From an uncultured delta proteobacterium (GTDB lineage Bacteria > Desulfobacterota > Syntrophia > Syntrophales > Smithellaceae): a DNA stretch of 64,000 nucleotides. Position 1 is the stretch's first letter. Every line of letters begins with the position of its first letter. Both the position numbers and the translations under genes were made by a program. The notes under the pieces were generated by a model that saw nothing but the letters and a program-made list of their open reading frames with translations, had not been told where the DNA came from and made no database searches. The stretch lies in assembly GCA_903907985.1 (NCBI GenBank), contig CAIVQG010000022.1, positions 1,538 to 65,537 of the forward strand, in the 5' to 3' direction. Below, one piece after another: positions 37,678 through 47,697 of this stretch.

Positions 37678-38367
37678 ATGGCAAATGAAATAATTCCATA
37701 TCTTGAGATGTGTCAGCGCGAAGGTGTAAGCCTTCAGCGTGGCATGAATTATCGACTCAAAGGTAATCATTCAGTCATTCTCATGTCTCTTCGTCCTGGT
37801 GCGCCATACACTGATAGGATTGATGATGATGGTACAACTCTAGTTTATGAAGGACACGATATCCCCCGTTCTTCTCAACATGCGGACCCTAAGTCTTTTA
37901 ATCAACCGGAGCATTCTCAATACGGGCATCTTACCGAGAACGGTAAGTTTCACAAGTCGGCACAGGAGTTTAAAAATGGACTTAGGCCGCCAGATCGAGT
38001 TCGTGTATACGAGAAGATCAAACCTGGTATTTGGTCATACAATGGGGTTTTTCATCTTGTTGATTCTTGGCAAGAGCAGTGTAATGGACGCAGTGTTTTC
38101 AAATTCAAACTCACTGCGGTTGAAGGGGAGGAAGACTTCTCTATTCCTGTTCCAGCACTCTCAGTAACAAGGCGTGTAATTCCCACTGTGGTCAAACTAG
38201 AAGTTTGGAAAAGAGATGGAGGGAAATGTACAAAGTGCGGAGTTACTGAAGATCTTCACTTTGATCATATTATACCATGGTCAAAAGGTGGCTCATCAAA
38301 CACTGCTGACAATATTCAATTACTTTGTGGAAAACATAATTTGGCAAAGCATGATAAAATTGAATGA
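37678..38367 (+). CDS. HNH endonuclease with N-terminal SRA/PUA-like domain (candidate modification-dependent type IV restriction enzyme)
   Basis: C-terminal HNH CTKCGVTEDLHFDHIIPWSKGGSSNTADNIQLLCGKHNLAKH. The N-terminal pattern HSVILMSLRPGAPYTDRIDDDGTTLVYEGHD ... VRVYEKIKPGIWSYNGVFHLVDSW...VFKFKL parallels the SRA (YDG) domain layout. Confidence 0.75.
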   Translation: MANEIIPYLEMCQREGVSLQRGMNYRLKGNHSVILMSLRPGAPYTDRIDDDGTTLVYEGHDIPRSSQHADPKSFNQPEHSQYGHLTENGKFHKSAQEFKNGLRPPDRVRVYEKIKPGIWSYNGVFHLVDSWQEQCNGRSVFKFKLTAVEGEEDFSIPVPALSVTRRVIPTVVKLEVWKRDGGKCTKCGVTEDLHFDHIIPWSKGGSSNTADNIQLLCGKHNLAKHDKIE

Positions 38368-38486
38368 ATATCCAACCATGCAATCCACGCGGACCGTCGT
38401 TCCGCCGGCCGGTGATCGCCACGTTGTACGTTTCAAAGAGTAATCGGCAATTCTGACAACTGCTCACTAAGGATAATCACATTATA

Positions 38487-39620
38487 ATGTTGACGGACGA
38501 TCAAATTTACAGGCAACTCCAGGTTCAATTAGACAAGTATCCGATTGGCTATCCCGCGACAAAAAGCGGTGTGGAAATTGATATCCTGAAATATTTCTTT
38601 ACTCCGCTTACGGCGAAGATTGCTCTTTGCCTGACACTACGCTCCATCCCCGTCTCTTTAATCCACAAAAGGTTCCAGAAAAAATTCGATGGGGAATTGT
38701 CCCGGGATGCTCTGGAAGCGCTGCTCGATGAAATGTTCAGAAAAGGCGTTATCCGGCGTTCGGAAAGCGGTGGGGCGCCCAGCTACGGCATTGCCATGCT
38801 GGCCATCGGCATGTTTGAATATCATGTGGATGATCTCACACACGAGCTGGTGGAAATGATCCACAGATATTTTGATGAAGCATTCGGCGCCGAATTTTTT
38901 CGTTCATCTCTGCCGCAATTGCGGACAAGCCCGCATCTCCAGGCGATCGTTCCGGAATACATTGTCGATACGTATGACAACATGCGCCAATTCATCACCA
39001 ATACTAAAGAAACAATCCATGTGGCCAACTGCGTTTGCAAGCAGGGTGAAGCCCTGATGGGAAAACCTTGCCGGCAGACCGATAATATTGAAGTCTGCCT
39101 GCTTTTCGGATCAACCAGTTACGCGGCGCGCAACCGGGCCAGACTAATATCTAAAGAGGAATGCCTGAAGATATTAGACCTGGCTTGCGATAGAGGGATG
39201 GTGCTGCAACCCGGAAACTCGCTTAAGCCAAGCTGCATTTGTATCTGTTGCGGGTGCTGCTGCGGGGTTTTAACTACCGCTAAAAAACAATCCCGGCCGG
39301 CCCGGTTTTTCGCCACCAATTATTACGCCCGAATTGATATGGCTTTATGCAAAGGCTGTGGGATTTGTGTACAGCGCTGCCAGATGGACGCGATTATTCA
39401 GGATGGTAAAAACTTTCGTGTGGATCTGGACAGGTGCATCGGGTGCGGCCTGTGCGTGACCAAATGCAAACCCCAGGCTGCCGGGCTTATCAAAAAAGAC
39501 AAGGCCACTGTGCCGCCGAGAAATACAGAACTTTTGTATTTAAGCATCCTGATGGAAAAAGCCGGTAAGAAAAAAATGATTGTTAATATGTTAAAGCTGC
39601 TATTGGGAAAGCCTTTATAA
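38487..39620 (+). CDS. 4Fe-4S dicluster domain protein with additional Cys-rich segment
   Basis: CKGCGICVQRCQ and CIGCGLCVTKC ferredoxin motifs, preceded by SCICICCGCCCG and CVCKQGE..CRQ. Confidence 0.75.
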   Translation: MLTDDQIYRQLQVQLDKYPIGYPATKSGVEIDILKYFFTPLTAKIALCLTLRSIPVSLIHKRFQKKFDGELSRDALEALLDEMFRKGVIRRSESGGAPSYGIAMLAIGMFEYHVDDLTHELVEMIHRYFDEAFGAEFFRSSLPQLRTSPHLQAIVPEYIVDTYDNMRQFITNTKETIHVANCVCKQGEALMGKPCRQTDNIEVCLLFGSTSYAARNRARLISKEECLKILDLACDRGMVLQPGNSLKPSCICICCGCCCGVLTTAKKQSRPARFFATNYYARIDMALCKGCGICVQRCQMDAIIQDGKNFRVDLDRCIGCGLCVTKCKPQAAGLIKKDKATVPPRNTELLYLSILMEKAGKKKMIVNMLKLLLGKPL

Positions 39621-39955
39621 AGTCGAAAGATAGAGATGCTGGTATTGAAGAGAGGCCTTGACAAAACCATATGAAACCGGCAATTCTGTGTCCGAATCTC
39701 TGCTTTCAGAAAGGTAATAAGCATACCAATTGAAAGCGGTATTTTTTGAGATGGCAAAACCATCGTTAGCATTAGTATTATTCTTATATTATTTTATATT
39801 TTTCTGCCCGTATTTTTGTGTTATTATAATATAAAGTTCAACTTAGTGATGCATCCTCCCCCTTCCCGTTTTGAAAATTTCTGATCCCGCTCTTTTGACA
39901 GGATAGTTTTTGGAAACTATTTAACCCAGTCAACAAGATTGAAAGGAGATCTCTT

Positions 39956-40414
39956 ATGCCAGCAAGAAAATTGAAAGAGTTTCTGGAAAGCCAGGCGGTT
40001 AAATACTTGAAGATTGCGCATTCGCCGGCCTATACAGCTCGGGAAGTTGCTCAGTCTTTGCACATCAAGGGGCATAAGGTGGCCAAGACCGTCATCGTCT
40101 TCATTGAGGGAAAGATGGCTATGGCGGTCATGCCAGCCAACCGCTCCATCGATTTTGATTATTTTCGGAAGGAAATCGGTGCGAAGGAGATCAAACTTGC
40201 CTCCGAAGGACAATTCAAGGATGTGTTTCCTGATTGCGAGGTCGGTGCCATGCCCCCTTTCGGCAACCTGTACGGAATGGAGGTCTATGTGGATCAGCAT
40301 CTGATGGAGGATGAAGATATCTTTTTCAATGCCTGTACCCACTCGGAACTGATCCGGATATCTTACCAGGACTTTGAGAGACTTGTGACGCCCAAGGTGG
40401 TAAAACTCGCCTGA
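39956..40414 (+). CDS. YbaK/EbsC-type aminoacyl-tRNA deacylase domain protein
   Basis: HKVAKTVIV..MAVMPANRSIDF..CEVGAMPPFGNLYGMEVYVD. AGGAG RBS. Confidence 0.75.
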   Translation: MPARKLKEFLESQAVKYLKIAHSPAYTAREVAQSLHIKGHKVAKTVIVFIEGKMAMAVMPANRSIDFDYFRKEIGAKEIKLASEGQFKDVFPDCEVGAMPPFGNLYGMEVYVDQHLMEDEDIFFNACTHSELIRISYQDFERLVTPKVVKLA

Positions 40415-40667
40415 GGTCGGTTTCTTTCCTTTCTCCGGTAAGGGTAGCGATAAGAGATCCGGATTGCTCCTCTTTCCGGAAAAGGCAAAACTGACACTGC
40501 CCATTCAAAGAGATGGGCGGTGTCGGAATGGATTTAAGTAACGAATCTGTATCCTGTTACAATACCCGGAAGTTGCAGCCCTCCTCGGTGGCCTCGCTGG
40601 TCGATTCTTAAAAACTTCTGCATAGACATCTCTCCAAATTATTCATACGGTCTCTCCGGGCATACCA

Positions 40668-41684
40668 TCAGACTTTGTCCTTGGGGTGATCTTCGGGGGA
40701 GGTGTCTTTTAGAGCTTCAACAAATGCTGATGCGGCCCGTAGAAAAGATCTTTTTCCTGTTTTTCTCAGCGGGAGGAAGCGTCCGGCAAAATGAGCAATC
40801 CGCTGGTATAAAGGAAGAGCTCCATGAATCTTCCCCAGAGCATCGCGAGTAGCCTCTTCCCCTTTCCTGATTAGATCTCCGGCCCGGCTGAAGTCCATCC
40901 AGTGGAGATCTCCAACCTGCGGGCGAATGATCACATCCGCATCCTTCAGTTCAGCTGCCTCGAGAGTGTTTGTCGTAATTTCTCCCGCCCGGTAAAAAGC
41001 ATCCATACCCGTTTCGATGCTGACGGATGCAGGCAAATCGCAATCCACCATTACGGCGATGACGACGTCAGCCCCTGCCTCACGCGCCGCGTGCACGGGA
41101 ACGATACTTGTGATGCCTCCGTCAGCCAGAATCCAGTCTCCCTGATGGACCGGTTCCACCGCTCCGGGAACGGAACAACTCGCCAGTACGGCCTGACGCA
41201 GAGGTCCCTCAGAGAAAACGATTTGCCTTCCAGTAATCAAATCCGTGGATACAGCGAGGAAAGGAATTTTTGTTTCACGAATATCAATGTCAGGCAGAAA
41301 ATAATTAATAAGAGATTGAAAATCACCTGAAGAGAGTACGGACGGTGTAAAAAATGAACGGACAAACCAGAAGCGATTCATGATGAAGTTTCGTGTCTTC
41401 TTGAAAAGACTTTTGCTTTCCGGGGAAAATGTCAAACCGATTGACTTGATTTTTGAAACATTAAATTCAGGACTGCGAAGATAAGCATCAATTTTGGCTT
41501 GAATTTCCTGAGGCGACTGACCGCTGGCATAAGCGCCGCCGATCAGCGCGCCTGCGCTTGTCCCTACAATCAAATCAATATCAATGCCTTCCTTTTCCAG
41601 AATATTAAGGACGCCGATATGGGAAAAGCCGCGGACACCGCCGCCACCAAGCGCAAGACCAACTTTTTTCCCTGTCCATTTCAT
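40668..41684 (-). CDS. patatin-like phospholipase
   Basis: GLALGGGGVRGFSHIGV (oxyanion), GTSAG (GxSxG) and ADGGI (DGG). Confidence 0.9.
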   Translation of the reverse strand: MKWTGKKVGLALGGGGVRGFSHIGVLNILEKEGIDIDLIVGTSAGALIGGAYASGQSPQEIQAKIDAYLRSPEFNVSKIKSIGLTFSPESKSLFKKTRNFIMNRFWFVRSFFTPSVLSSGDFQSLINYFLPDIDIRETKIPFLAVSTDLITGRQIVFSEGPLRQAVLASCSVPGAVEPVHQGDWILADGGITSIVPVHAAREAGADVVIAVMVDCDLPASVSIETGMDAFYRAGEITTNTLEAAELKDADVIIRPQVGDLHWMDFSRAGDLIRKGEEATRDALGKIHGALPLYQRIAHFAGRFLPLRKTGKRSFLRAASAFVEALKDTSPEDHPKDKV

Positions 41685-42125
41685 GATACGCCTGTTGCCT
41701 TTTCATCTAATTAAGATTAATAAGTTCATATATAGAGCTTTCAGGATTCCGCGCAGCGGCATGTTTCTTAGACAAACCTCGTTAGTATACTCTCCTAATG
41801 GAGCATACTGACGACCAGGCCTTTATATTTGTACCATATATCAAGGTAGAGTTCAGCCATTTTAATTATTCCCGATTTAAGTACAGTCTTTTCAACAAGC
41901 ATGACGGTCTGTTTCTTACAGGAAATAATAAAAAAATCCGATTACTATTTTTCAACATCACAGAATAACCGGAAGCACTGAGTACACCTACGACTAAATG
42001 GTTTTGAGAATTATGAAAGTACGTATTAAGGATCGAAAGAGAATAAGCATGGGTATAGACCCTGCAGCAGTGTATCCGTCAAGAGGCTTAAGATTTCCCC
42101 TCCTCTTTATATTCGGTGTCAAAGA

Positions 42126-43574
42126 TTATTGTAAGGTCGTATTTATAAAGCAGAAACCGTTCTTGCCGGCTTTTTTAATTCTATACATAGCCTCATCGGC
42201 ATCCTTGATAAGCTGTTTCATCTCTTCACCGTCGTCGGGATAAAGTGCGATCCCAATACTTGTGCCAACGACTGCCTGTTCCCCATCGAAGATGATTGGC
42301 TGGGATACGGTACTAATTATCTTTTCAGCAATCTGCGACGCATTTTCGGGAGCATGGATTCCGTTTGCAATAATCAGAAACTCATCTCCCCCGACACGGG
42401 CAACCGTATCGGATTCGCGTACGCAGGAAAGCAAACGTTGGGCCACTTGCTTGAGGACATAATCTCCGGCATCATGTCCAAGGCTGTCGTTGACGCTTTT
42501 GAACCCATCGAGGTCGATAAACATCAAAGCCACCGCCGTTTTATTCCGGCGTGCCAAACTAATAGCCATTCCCAGGCGATCATTGGCCAAACTCAGACTT
42601 GGCAGATCCGTTAATAAATCGTGCGACGCCAGGTGTTTTATCTTTTCCTCGGCCTTCTTGCGTTCTGTGTCATCGAGAACAAATCCCCGTAGACCAACAG
42701 AGATACCATCGACTGTAATCGGCGCCGAGAAGCCGATGGCCGGGAAAGTGCTGCCATCTTTTTTCAGGGCATAATAATCAATATATCCCCGGCCGATCCC
42801 CTGAAACTTTTCCTTTATCCGGCTCCGCATCCTATCTCGATCATCGGGTGCCACCAAATTGAAGATATTCAACCCATTTGCAATATCCTCTTCCGTGTAA
42901 CCGAACTGTTCGAGACCGTGTTTATTCGCATAGGTAACATGTCCTTCCATATCTGCCTCGAAAATCGTTTCTGGAAACACTTCGGCCAGTTGCTTGAACC
43001 GCTCCTCACTTTTCCGCAGCGCCTCCTGATCACGGATCAGGGCATTTTCTGTATAAGCTCTTGTAATTTCGTAGTACAAAGCTAGAGCAACAACCCATAA
43101 TATGAAAATGATGACGTTGAAATAAGCAACAGAAGGAAGATTCGGATGAGAGTTGATAAAAAGAATCACGCATAGAGGTACAGTGAATGCGCTAAAGAAA
43201 AAGCCCATCCTTGCACCAAGTAGAAAAAAAGCGAACAGTGGCCCGAGTCCAGTCCAAATAAAAATTGTTGGATGGGCCTGTTGAGTACCCGACGCGATAA
43301 CCCCGAACGTGAAAGACATTACTACAAAGATTTTACTTGCTAATAAAAAATGATTTGGTCGTAAATAAACAAATAACAGAATCATTATACAACAGATGAA
43401 CACAACAACTTCCACCGTTGCTATGAAGAAAAGACCTCGATGGAAATTCAAGATGCTGAAAACCAGCCCGATTATGGCTACAAGGGCAAGAGATACGCAG
43501 AGCATCACATATCTCCTGTTATCCATATATGTTAGATGATCATATTTCCGGTCAGGTGCAGAAAATAGTTTCAT
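42126..43574 (-). CDS. membrane-anchored PAS-GGDEF diguanylate cyclase
   Basis: About 6 N-terminal TM helices and a PAS segment. GGDEF active site VARVGGDEFLI with an RESD (RxxD) I-site five residues upstream. Confidence 0.9.
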   Translation of the reverse strand: MKLFSAPDRKYDHLTYMDNRRYVMLCVSLALVAIIGLVFSILNFHRGLFFIATVEVVVFICCIMILLFVYLRPNHFLLASKIFVVMSFTFGVIASGTQQAHPTIFIWTGLGPLFAFFLLGARMGFFFSAFTVPLCVILFINSHPNLPSVAYFNVIIFILWVVALALYYEITRAYTENALIRDQEALRKSEERFKQLAEVFPETIFEADMEGHVTYANKHGLEQFGYTEEDIANGLNIFNLVAPDDRDRMRSRIKEKFQGIGRGYIDYYALKKDGSTFPAIGFSAPITVDGISVGLRGFVLDDTERKKAEEKIKHLASHDLLTDLPSLSLANDRLGMAISLARRNKTAVALMFIDLDGFKSVNDSLGHDAGDYVLKQVAQRLLSCVRESDTVARVGGDEFLIIANGIHAPENASQIAEKIISTVSQPIIFDGEQAVVGTSIGIALYPDDGEEMKQLIKDADEAMYRIKKAGKNGFCFINTTLQ

Positions 43575-43840
43575 GGTGAGTTCCCTTCAAGCTGGAGATT
43601 CGGCTTTAATTTTAGTTCTTTTGTATATTAAATTAAGTCAGAATTCAATAAGGTTATGATTTTACAACGCCGGAAAAAAGCGATTCGGTTTCTAAAACAT
43701 ATGTTCAATTGGTGGAAGTGTCGCAAGGAGCTCCGAATAGTGAAATAGGCATTACAAGGCAACCGCTCTTTCTGGCACACCTCGGGGTTGATTTGATTGA
43801 CTGCCGATCTTGTAACCTGGCGCGACCTCGTGTGTCTTCG

Positions 43841-43886
43841 CGCCACCTCGCGTGAACTTCAGGTTATCAGGTGGTCAGATTATCAC
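43841..43886. repeat. short intergenic repeat, copy 2
   Basis: CGCCACCTCGCGTGAACTTCAGGTTATCAGGTGGTCAGATTATCAC. Shares its cores with 544-582. Preceded by a related half-unit, GCGCGACCTCGTGTGTCTTC. Confidence 0.4.
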
Positions 43887-43920
43887 GTTACGAAAGGCCG
43901 GTATCCGGGAATTCCTGGAT
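43885..43920 (-). terminator. 13-bp perfect palindromic hairpin downstream of the acyl-CoA ligase gene
   Basis: AAGGCCGGTATCC-GGGAATTCCT-GGATACCGGCCTT. Only a short T run follows on the minus strand. Confidence 0.5.
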
Positions 43921-43959
43921 ACCGGCCTTTGCCTGATTAGGGTTTTTCCAAGCGGTATT

Positions 43960-45747
43960 TTACGAATATAGAGCTGCAATCTGATCTTTATACTTCTCGA
44001 AAACGACACGCCGTTTCAATTTCATGGTCTGGGTGAGCGTTCCATTCTCCAGATTAAAAGTTTCGCTTAAGAAAATAAATTTCCGGGGGATTTCATAACT
44101 GCCGTATTTACCCTTAAGAGAAGTGAGTATTTCATTATTAAGAAAGCTTTTTACCTCTTCTCTCTTGACGAGCTCGGCAGGATCTTTCGGCAGATTATTT
44201 TTCTGTGCCCATTTTCCCAGCGCGACAAAATCAGGGATAATAATGCAGATGTTATATTCCCGGCCTTCACCGTAGATCATGGCGTTTTCAATGTAATGGT
44301 TGAGCTTGATGTCCTCTTCTATGGAAACAGGAAATACGTATTTGCCGTTTTCCAGTTTGAACTGTTCTTTGAGACGCCCGGTAATATACACAAATCCGTC
44401 CGCATCGATCCTTCCGCGGTCACCAGTCCGGAAACCGCCATCCGGAGTCATGACTTCCTTTGTGGCTTCAGGCTTGTTGTGATATCCCTGCATTACATTA
44501 GGACCGTAAATCACAATTTCACCGTCGCTGGACTCTTCTCCCACGACTGATTTATCAATGACGACTCTACACTTATCAATAACTTTACCGATGCTGCCTA
44601 TTCGATAGGCGTCCGGCCCATTCATGGTGGCGGCGGGAGTTGTTTCCGTAAGTCCGTAGGCATCATACAGGGGGATTCCTATGTCCCAGAAAAAATGCGA
44701 TATTTCTACATTCATTAATGCGCTGCCGGTCATGGAACCCTTCAGCCGGCCACCTAATTTTGCGCGCACTTTGCTGAAAACAATGGCGTCGGCAATTTTA
44801 AATTTCATGTTTGTCAGGAAATCGGATTTCCCCTGTGTGGCGAGCTCGCGCTTCTTCTTGCCGCTTTCAATACCCATGATAAATAATTTTCTGGGCAGTC
44901 CGCCTTCCTCGTTCATCTTTGTCCAGAGCCCGTCATAGATCCTGTTGAACACACGGGGAACAGCAATAAGGAACGTCGGTTTGACAACGGCGATATCATC
45001 AACGATAGTACTGGCGCTTTCTGCCAGTCCTATAGATGCGCCTATTTGGCAGAAGGTGATCAATTCGCCTAATCCGAAAACATGGGCCCACGGCAGAATC
45101 GAAAGAGTGCGCTCGTCTTTGTCGAAGGTTCCATATATCTTGATCCGGGCATGGGAGTTGCTCGAAAGATTGCCCTGGGACAGGAGTACCCCTTTGGGAT
45201 CGCCGGTAGTTCCCGATGTATAGATCAAAACGCCTATTGTGGATTGGTCCGGATAAATGCTCTTCACTTTCCGGGATGCTCCTTTTTTCTCGAGCTCAAA
45301 GAGCGTATCCGGCCCTTCGCCTTCCATTAATATTATTTTTTGCAGTGTGGGAATGTAAGAAGAAAATGCTTTAACTTTATCATATATTTCTTTTTTCGTA
45401 ACAAACAGTACCTTGATGTTGGAGTCGGTAATTATATATTTCCAAATCTGGACAAGTTCGGCTTCATACATCGGAACAAAGCGCGCCGCCAACCCTCCTG
45501 TGGCAAAAAAACATATGGCCCAGTTAACGCTGTTATTGGAGATGATTCCCACCGCGTCGTCTTTTTGTACGCCGATTTGTTGCAGGCCGCTCCTGACATT
45601 GTCCACCCGCTGACCGAAATCCTCATACGTTATCCAGTCGTATTGCTTCTGCTTATTCTTCGTTCCCAGAAAAGGCATCTGGGCATATTTCGCAACACTC
45701 TGTTCCAAAATCTCCACGACGTTATCAGGTTTATCCAGTTGATACAT
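43960..45747 (-). CDS. long-chain fatty acid--CoA ligase (AMP-forming)
   Basis: IYTSGTTGDPKGV, YGLTETT, and TGDRGRIDADGFVYITGRLKE. Confidence 0.9.
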   Translation of the reverse strand: MYQLDKPDNVVEILEQSVAKYAQMPFLGTKNKQKQYDWITYEDFGQRVDNVRSGLQQIGVQKDDAVGIISNNSVNWAICFFATGGLAARFVPMYEAELVQIWKYIITDSNIKVLFVTKKEIYDKVKAFSSYIPTLQKIILMEGEGPDTLFELEKKGASRKVKSIYPDQSTIGVLIYTSGTTGDPKGVLLSQGNLSSNSHARIKIYGTFDKDERTLSILPWAHVFGLGELITFCQIGASIGLAESASTIVDDIAVVKPTFLIAVPRVFNRIYDGLWTKMNEEGGLPRKLFIMGIESGKKKRELATQGKSDFLTNMKFKIADAIVFSKVRAKLGGRLKGSMTGSALMNVEISHFFWDIGIPLYDAYGLTETTPAATMNGPDAYRIGSIGKVIDKCRVVIDKSVVGEESSDGEIVIYGPNVMQGYHNKPEATKEVMTPDGGFRTGDRGRIDADGFVYITGRLKEQFKLENGKYVFPVSIEEDIKLNHYIENAMIYGEGREYNICIIIPDFVALGKWAQKNNLPKDPAELVKREEVKSFLNNEILTSLKGKYGSYEIPRKFIFLSETFNLENGTLTQTMKLKRRVVFEKYKDQIAALYS

Positions 45748-45900
45748 TACAGCCTCCTATTGTTTTGACAAAGTATGTGGGCAAGCCCCTTATCTTAACA
45801 AGGACTTTTTCCTTACCTCTAATTAATAAACATCACTCGATTACAGATGATAATTCCGGTGCCATTCCGGATAATTTCGCGTATTGCATTCTGCTGATGC

Positions 45901-47112
45901 CTAAGGCTTTTTAATAACCTCGTTCGCGCTACCGAGTGCTTCCGCTCCCCGCGCCGTGTTATCTTTCAGTTGGAATGATTTAAGCTCTCCCGACAAGGGA
46001 TCGAATTCAATCGAGTGTGAATTGTTCTGGAACGCACCATTAGTGATCTCCAAAGCGCCGATTCTTCCGCATTGCATCACTTCTATATAATTTGTCGACA
46101 CAAGGGTGTCCTTTGTGATCTCCAATTTACATATGGCCGGTATTCTGTAATAAAGCCCTTCGACGCTGGCTGTTTTTTTATTCTGGTCTTTAACCTGGGG
46201 GCTGCAATTGCTGATCGTGTAGGACAATTTATTTTCCTCTATCCACGTCTGAAATTGTTTGCCCATAGCATCATTATTGCCTGCATTACCAAACCATTTT
46301 GTAAAAGGGGAACTTTCCAGCGTAATATCACCAAAACTGTCACATTTCCCTGACTCGATGATTAACGGCTTCCGATATTGAATAGTGAGATGTTTATCCA
46401 GTTCGACGAGGCGCTCCTTCGTTTTCCTGATGACATTCTCAATATCCGCAATCCGTTCCGGCATGCCGTCCCTTTTTTCGACCAGTTGAACCTCCGCCTC
46501 ATACAGTTTCCGTTTCATGGTGCTCATGTGCAGCAGAAGAAAATCATACTCGGCCAGAATGTTTCTTGTCTCCGCATTGCAGATACCCTTACCCGGTGTT
46601 TCTGATCCTTGCTGTGCTCCGCTTAATTGAAACGATCTGCTGCCGGCAAGCAGCATTAATGCCCCGCCGAGAGACGGCAGCTTGAGCGGCAAAACGTTGG
46701 AGGCCACGTCGGTCAGAAGGGTGACGCCGCTTTTAATTATATCCACCGTCGAATCTTTCGCGTCATAGCTTATGCCCGCCAGCATTCCATTGTTAATGGT
46801 AATTTTCGCCAGAGGGATCGTCTTGGATAGACTGCTCAAAGAAGATGAATCAATCAGATATGTCCCCTTCGCTTTGTCGGGAACCACTTTTTGCTCAATG
46901 GCGGCATCCGTAATTTCGATTGCGCCGCGGCTGTCCTTCAGGCGAAAAGTCATCACATAGGAAAGCTCCGTGGCGGGAAGGTGGTAGGCTATTCCCACTG
47001 CGGGAACGACATCCTCGGCCGGCCGGGAAACGATTTTTGTCGTACATGATGCCATAAGACCGGCAGTAACCAGCAAGGCAACGGATATCTTATATAATTT
47101 GCTGTCCTTCAT
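45901..47112 (-). CDS. probable lipoprotein, unknown function
   Basis: Signal sequence ending LVTAGLMASC. 403 aa. No catalytic motif recognised. Confidence 0.5.
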   Translation of the reverse strand: MKDSKLYKISVALLVTAGLMASCTTKIVSRPAEDVVPAVGIAYHLPATELSYVMTFRLKDSRGAIEITDAAIEQKVVPDKAKGTYLIDSSSLSSLSKTIPLAKITINNGMLAGISYDAKDSTVDIIKSGVTLLTDVASNVLPLKLPSLGGALMLLAGSRSFQLSGAQQGSETPGKGICNAETRNILAEYDFLLLHMSTMKRKLYEAEVQLVEKRDGMPERIADIENVIRKTKERLVELDKHLTIQYRKPLIIESGKCDSFGDITLESSPFTKWFGNAGNNDAMGKQFQTWIEENKLSYTISNCSPQVKDQNKKTASVEGLYYRIPAICKLEITKDTLVSTNYIEVMQCGRIGALEITNGAFQNNSHSIEFDPLSGELKSFQLKDNTARGAEALGSANEVIKKP

Positions 47113-47327
47113 CAGTGCCCCCAGTGTTATTTGTCAGTAAAAAATTGTCATGTCGATCAACGGGAGATATCTTGCTTCTTTTAATGACTATTAATGTTTT
47201 CCGCGTTGCGTCGAAAGGACGTATTGTCAAGCTGTTATCGGAAAATTACACCTGCTTGGCGAAACGGTATAAATATGTTGTTCACCTATCACATTTCGCC
47301 GTAGATTTCATTTAATTTTCGCGGCGC

Positions 47328-47655
47328 TTACTCCAGGCCCATGACCTCGTAGAGACATTCTCCCGCCGAGGGAATGGATACGCCGCCATCAACGATTGTG
47401 CCGTTATAATCGTCGATAATCCGGAAGTACGTAGGTCGGTTATAAATGTTCGCGCCACCCACCGGGTGAAAGGGTTCAATCCCGTCGCAGCAAGCAGATC
47501 GCCTCTTCGACCAGTGTTTTATAGCGAATTTGGATATGGGTTTCTACTCCTTTTTCGGTATGATCAATATCAATCTGCCGGGGATAATGCCTTTTTAGTT
47601 GGGGGTGCGTGGCAAAATCGCGCTGTGTGATCGTGGGGCTGACGGTGCCGTCATG
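47328..47655 (-). pseudogene. orphan, frameshifted C-terminal gene fragment (family not recognised)
   Basis: Two consecutive minus-strand frames read ..HTEKGVETHIQIRYKTLVEEAICLLRRD and then DGIEPFHPVGGANIYNRPTYFRIIDDYNGTIVDGGVSIPSAGECLYEVMGLE-stop. No start codon; upstream stops. Confidence 0.3.
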
Positions 47656-47697
47656 CGTTTTTGGGCAATATTCTGATAATTTAAAAGCTCTTGATTT

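Noticed and set aside
39917-40504. 195-aa minus-strand ORF, longer than the opposing plus ORF
   Set aside because: The plus-strand 152-aa ORF carries the YbaK/deacylase signature (GAMPPFG and others) and a good RBS. The minus ORF has no recognisable features.
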